Positions 58,201 through 64,000 of a stretch of 64,000 nucleotides of DNA are shown here, piece after piece (the stretch's first letter is position 1; the number at the start of each line of letters is the position of its first letter). Under the pieces are notes generated by a model. That model made no database searches. It was not told where the DNA came from and was given only the letters and a program-made list of their open reading frames with translations. The position numbers and the translations under genes are program-made. The DNA is from Haliotis cracherodii (Eukaryota), in NCBI RefSeq assembly GCF_022045235.1, contig NW_027266275.1:51832001-51896000 (forward strand), given 5' to 3'.

Positions 58201-60843
58201 GTGCTTTGTGTAAGTTTGAATTTATGAATTCTTTACCATATCTGTTAAGGCTAGATGGAAATTATTAATTTATTGATTTTCTTATATGATATTGTTCCAT
58301 TTTTTATGTGTTTTTATATCAACAATTTTTGGTCCTTTTGATAATTCTTCTTATGTAACTCCTCAATCAAATTTTTATTCAAAGGTGTTCATGGTGATCT
58401 ACTTCCTCGTAGTGAATACTGGTAACATGGGAGATGTAGAACACGGATAGAACGAACAAACAGATACAACAAACAATTACAAAATCCCTGAGTTATGCCC
58501 TCTACATTATCATATGACGAACACTTGACAGCAAACTAACATATATAGCAAACTAATATCTGATCCCCGACTAGCCCAAATACCACTAATTAGTGACATG
58601 TAGAAAGAAACTTAGAAATCTCACTCAGTGTCAGTGGCTTTTCACAATCAGTGGCGAATGAACTCAATTGGGATGATTCAACATTGTTAAACTTGCTTTG
58701 TGTTAATCTTACCTGTACTTTGACTAGTCTTGTCTGTAAAACAAACATTATTATTATTATCTGATACTTTGATGGATCTCAACGAAGTTTTCAGCAAAAC
58801 GAGGCTGTTATTAAATGTTTTTAATTGAATGCTATGAAGTGATTGCTGCTAAACAAGTCAATGCTGTAAGTGTTTTGTTTTAAAAGATTAAGGAGAAGAT
58901 TAGTTATATCTGACCTGTCTGATGGTGATGAACATTGTTCCATCCATATTGCCAAGCTCCATTTTTCAGACCAGTACAAATGAGTAAACAGGTTATACTG
59001 TTTCAAAGTAGTTTACACTGTGTCAGCTGCCCTTGATTTGAGTGTGCTACTGAGGTCTTGATTATATATGCAGTGTATGCCTAGTCAGTGATGGCGGTCA
59101 GCAGCTTGATCATGTATTATGAGAGTTTTATACATATTGAGCTGCTGTTGATGATTGCCTCTTAACAATGGGACAGCTGGTACATATCTTGGTTGGACTT
59201 CATGTTTATAGAGCTGTAATCATATACTTTGTCATGATGCAATATTTATCTTGCTTTTAAAATCATGAATCGACATGCATTATCTGGAAACTCGACACTT
59301 ATATAAAAGTTAAGGGGAAAACGTTATAGTCTGAACATAGGATAAATATGAAAATTGTGTCAATTTGACTAAATCGCTTGTGAACTTTTACAAATACTTT
59401 CAGAAATATTATATTTTTAAACTTATCCTACCGGTGTCTCACACTATGCATTTTTCTTCTTTCGATCCTTAGTAGAATGTTCCTAAACAAAGGTTTCTAG
59501 CTTCTGAAAAAACCCAATCCACCCGAACACACAAAGTATGGCCATGGTCAACTCCCAACAGTCTGGGTCATGCTCGCTTTTCATGCCGGTTGAGGTACAC
59601 GCGCTGAACATGTGATTTCCCCTGCCAACTCATTCTCTTTCTAATTGTCATTGTGTGGTTACGTGAACATGCCACACATTGACCTGGGTGCCTTACTTGT
59701 AGACATTTTTTTTCCCTTCCGACTCATGATGACGGATTGCTGCGGTCGCTGCAGCTCATCTGACCGTTGTTCACAGTGTGTTGACTTGGTCGACGAATCT
59801 TTCAGCATTTATCTTCACAAATGCCAGCTCAGAGAGCAAGACCGGCTTTCTAAATCTGCTGAAAAATTGATGAAAACTAAGAAAACTCTCACGAGGAAAT
59901 CTAAAAAAATTGACGAAACTACCAACATCTTTGATGATCAGGGAATAGTCTCCCCCCTCACTTCCTATCTTGACTGTCAATGATGATGGAGTATCTGACA
60001 GCTTTCTCTCTGAAGGCATTCCCGTGTTGACTGCTCAGCCAGGATAGCAGGACCTGCTCAGAGGCCGATATCCAGCCCCAAGTCTGGAGCAAATATGAGT
60101 AAAATATTCCCAAATTGGAATTTCCAGCCATATTAAAATCAAAATATATTTAAAAGTCTAACCTTGATGTGACCTTTGCACTTTGACCCTACTGAAAGCA
60201 GAAACTTCTTATGGCAATTACTCAGCCATTTGAATTCAAAATGTCATGAAAGTTGGTATACCATGTGTTGATAGCATATCTGTTCTGCTTTTTGTAATAT
60301 GATAAATCTTGACCTATTTTTGACCATGCAACCAAATTCTTTAAAACGTAATTCCTTGCACTGTGAACATGATTTCTTATGAAACCACTGGACCAATGAA
60401 GCTGAAGGTTCCCCAATTTGTTCAAGAGGTTCAAAATCTCATTAAACATGCTAAAATCAGATTTTACTGCTCGCTGCTGCTACACAAAGATCCTACTGAC
60501 TCAAGGTGTTCTCAAAATGGATAAGCATGCTCTGCTCTACCGGTAGCACCTGTCTTTCACATGATTCTTACACATAACGTCAGAATGATGAACAGGAAGT
60601 CATAATAGTAAATTTTGACCTTGATTTGACCTTTACACTTTGACCATGCTGAAATCAATGAAACTTCTTTTGGCCATCATTCCAATTTTGGGGGACAAAA
60701 TGTTGTGAAATTTGGTACATGTGTAGTTATAGTGGTGCTCAACACATATGTTCTGTTTGCAATATCTTATGTATTTTAGCAATATCTTGGTTGTTTGCAA
60801 TATCTTAGGATTTGGCCTCATATGACCATGCCCTTAGATTCTC

Positions 60844-63800
60844 TTAACCCCCTGGATGCCAGAGGGACATATATGTCCTTCCTCTACAACCCTCGCTTTG
60901 AAGTCGAATAAAATTCAAAATACATCACCCACACAAATACACGTCACAGTTTTGAATAAGGTGGGAAATTCCCTGCTCTGTGATATCATCCACTGCCATT
61001 TTAGTCCAAGCTAAATTATTGAAAATGACCTCTGAAAATTAGGCACATCGTAAATGTCGCCAATTTTTACACATTACTAAATCACCACTCACGGCGTTAT
61101 TTACAGCATGTTTTGAAATCAAAATTTAGGATATTTACTCGGAGAAATGAATTTCAAAAATAGTATATTAGTGATCACGGGTATCTGTATTTTATGAAAT
61201 CACCATTGATCATTCCAAAACGTCTCCGATAACACGAGAATCGTTTCGAATGTTTTGGAAAATACGCAAACATGAACGCCGAAGTGAACTTTCCGCCATA
61301 TTGGCTAGTGTTTACAAAATCACGTTTGAGGTACACCGGTTATGAGGCGCCTGTAACATCGTGTATATTTCAAACTTAGCTGCCATACACACATCCTTGA
61401 ATTCCTCATACATTTTAGAATCAAATGACCAATGGTCTTTGTCACCAATACAAAGTGGCTGGATGAAATCAAGCAAAATATGTCAGGTGTGAAAACGAAC
61501 ACTGTGCTCGAAAAACTGCACTTGTTTGAAATGTAAACAAAGCAAAATACAGATTTTACACAGTGTAGCATTTTCTCCAATTTAGAGCTATCCATTCGTC
61601 TAATCTTTCAAGACATTAGCTCAACATTTTCAGAATATGCACGGGAAGAGAATAGTATGAAAAATTAGGGTATTTAAAATAGATACATTGCAATGATTTG
61701 ATATTTTCAACAGAAATTGTCAAAGTTACCGTTCTGTGTGACGCCATGACTGACGCAAAATCACGCACAACGACAACGGTATTTATCGGAATTTCTGCCT
61801 ATTTCGGTTCTTTTCAATGAAGATTATAAGAACAAATAACAGTACATAGATTGTCAGAATGTTTCTGACTACTTACATGTCACATTTATGGCACATTTAT
61901 GTATATGCGATCCCTGAATCAACGAAAGTCCTCTCGTAAAATCCCGCGTACTGTTGACAGTGAACACGCCATTTTGTAAAAGTCGGTCACAGGTAGTGAT
62001 GTCATACGTCAACATTGTTGTACATATTTGGTAATTTCTTCGAGGTGAAGGTCCTTGAATGAGAGTGCACACGATCATTGTATCATGCTGTTTACAGTTT
62101 CAGTTATGATGTAGATTTTGCATATGTTTTATACATTTTTTCACACAATTAATTTCCCTTTGGATATTTGTCAATGTTCAAAATGATATCATACGCAAAT
62201 ATAAGCCACAACATGTATGAACGAATCTTTGATAATCTCCTGTTTGTTTGAACATTGTTTACATAACAATTGATATGTTTTTAGTGTCGAATACGATATT
62301 TCTTTCCTTTGGACAAGTGTTACAAGATGAAGCGTAAAGGTAACTGCAGCATGTACGTATTTCTTGGGATGTGTAATAGTCAATATCATAAATTCATATA
62401 GCCAATGTCTTTGAATAGCTGTTTCATTTTGTTTTATAACTAAAAATGAATAGTTCTATGTTACTTTGACAAAATGGATAATATTTTTCGTAAAAAGATA
62501 TGCACACATTTCTGAAATTGTCTTGGTCTTGGAATTTAAAAAAAATAAAATTGTCGTTTGATACACAGAGCCGTGATAGCTAATGTTTCGCCAGGTGCGT
62601 GTTAGCCACAAACAATTATTCCTCTTGTTTTGCATTATATAGTCAATGGGTTCATTCTTTTTTCAATATTGTGATCACAAGATATTAAACTGTTCACTTT
62701 ATTTCTCCAGGAATTGTAAAATGTATAAAATTAAACCCATGCCAAGTATCCTAGCTGTTGGTTCAACCGGATACGATTATCCTGATAATTCTATACCAAT
62801 AGAGCTTTCTTCGCATCTTTTAGTGTGTAATTCTGAGACAAGATGAAGAGAAATAATAACAATATCTGTCCAATATTGAATATAATTTGGTTGTTTTGAA
62901 ATATTATTTTGTGTATTTCATTACGTAAATTGATGCCAAACAGGTGCGTGTCTTGTCAAATTAAGACACACGATAAACTAGCTAATTGTTTACATATTCA
63001 AAACATTATTTAATTGGTAAAAGCAGTCATTTTATGTTGTGTCGAAAAAGCGCCACATTCCGTTTTACACATCGAGATTTTCCATATCATGAACGAAAAT
63101 TAGGGGAGATATATATTAATCAAAATACCAGAGTCATCTTTCTCCGACGTTATCAAAGACATAAAAAAAGCCATGACGTCAAATAGAACGGTGTTATTTT
63201 TGGGGGGTATTTCATTACATTTGATGATAAGGCTAGTGCTCCATTAATAATGGTGCAACATTAGTCAAATTACACTTACACATTCAGGAGAATGTTGGAA
63301 TCTAAGGACTAAGTTATAGGTTAGATAAGGCCATCCATTTCTCTTTTACCGCTTTTTTATGAAGCACGATTTCATCATTTCTTATGTTGTTGTTTTTACA
63401 ACTAAACGTTTACAGTTTCTTTATCTATATTTGTGTTGGAATAGTTTGGTTCCTCGTGAACAAAACACCACGAAAATATATTATCCTTACCCACAGCTAA
63501 TTCTCACCAAGTGACCTGAGTTACAATAAACTAGTGCTAAGCTTAGCGGAGTTATGCCTCCTTTTCTTTGTGCGTGTGTAACCTCTCTGTCGCCTTTTGA
63601 AGTCATAGAGAAAAATCAGTTTTCGTCATTTACGGCAAGCTATTTTTGGCATTGCATGTTTGTCGTTATACATACGCATATAACTGCATTTGGTATATAG
63701 TTATGTCGTTTAGATATTAGGCAGTATTTTGTTCGCTCACAGATTCCGTAAAGCATGTAAATAAAAAAAATCGTCGCACAGTACTTTTATCGGTGTACGA

Positions 63801-64000
63801 TAAAAAGCGGAGAAATTTACTGTTTTTCAAGGTAGAAAAAATTCTCGGGCAACACTTAGAAGTGTTTTTTTTAAAACCGGTTCAATATTTGCAGTTAACT
63901 TTACACCATCAAATAGGAAATTTAATATTCTCCACCTCTGCATAATTGTATAGCGAGAGGTTGATCAGGTGCCGCGTGAGCGCAATTCTCGCACAACCTT
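60844..64000. mobile_element. Possible left end and body of a TTAA-type DNA transposon
   Basis: TTAACCC terminus followed by the palindrome ggacatatatgtcc. No coding remnant or matching right end is seen in the window. Confidence 0.3.

Noticed and set aside
59645-59983. 112-aa ORF as a gene
   Set aside because: TTG start, no recognisable domain and no convincing splice context.

Overview
Eukaryotic (animal) genomic DNA. It is AT-rich with spliceosomal introns, and its SINE/MITE families resemble, from recall only, those of gastropod molluscs such as abalone. There are three main parts. (1) About 1.84-23.46 kb is a head-to-tail array of seven near-identical ~3.03-3.09 kb units. The ORF track shows only fragments here. 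Read by hand, each unit holds a complete 3-exon gene on the + strand, with canonical GT-AG sites, phases that join in frame, a candidate promoter, a microsatellite-rich 3'UTR and AATAAA. It encodes an unrecognised 111-aa protein with a Pro-rich middle, an acidic-aromatic tract and a basic amphipathic C-terminal helix. This is the most interesting object in the window. (2) About 23.5-31.5 kb is an intergenic stretch of transposon remnants: a MULE-type MITE, SINEs, Gypsy pol, Tc1 and a Helentron-like element. (3) 32852-52368 on the - strand is a 20-coding-exon SAFB/SLTM-family gene (SAP domain, RRM, R/E coiled coil, RGG-type tail; ~1150 aa) with a GC-AG intron and several intronic transposons. 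The region upstream of SAFB (52.4-54.3 kb) is paralogous to the sequence flanking the array, and 54-64 kb is mostly repeats with a few exon-like pieces.
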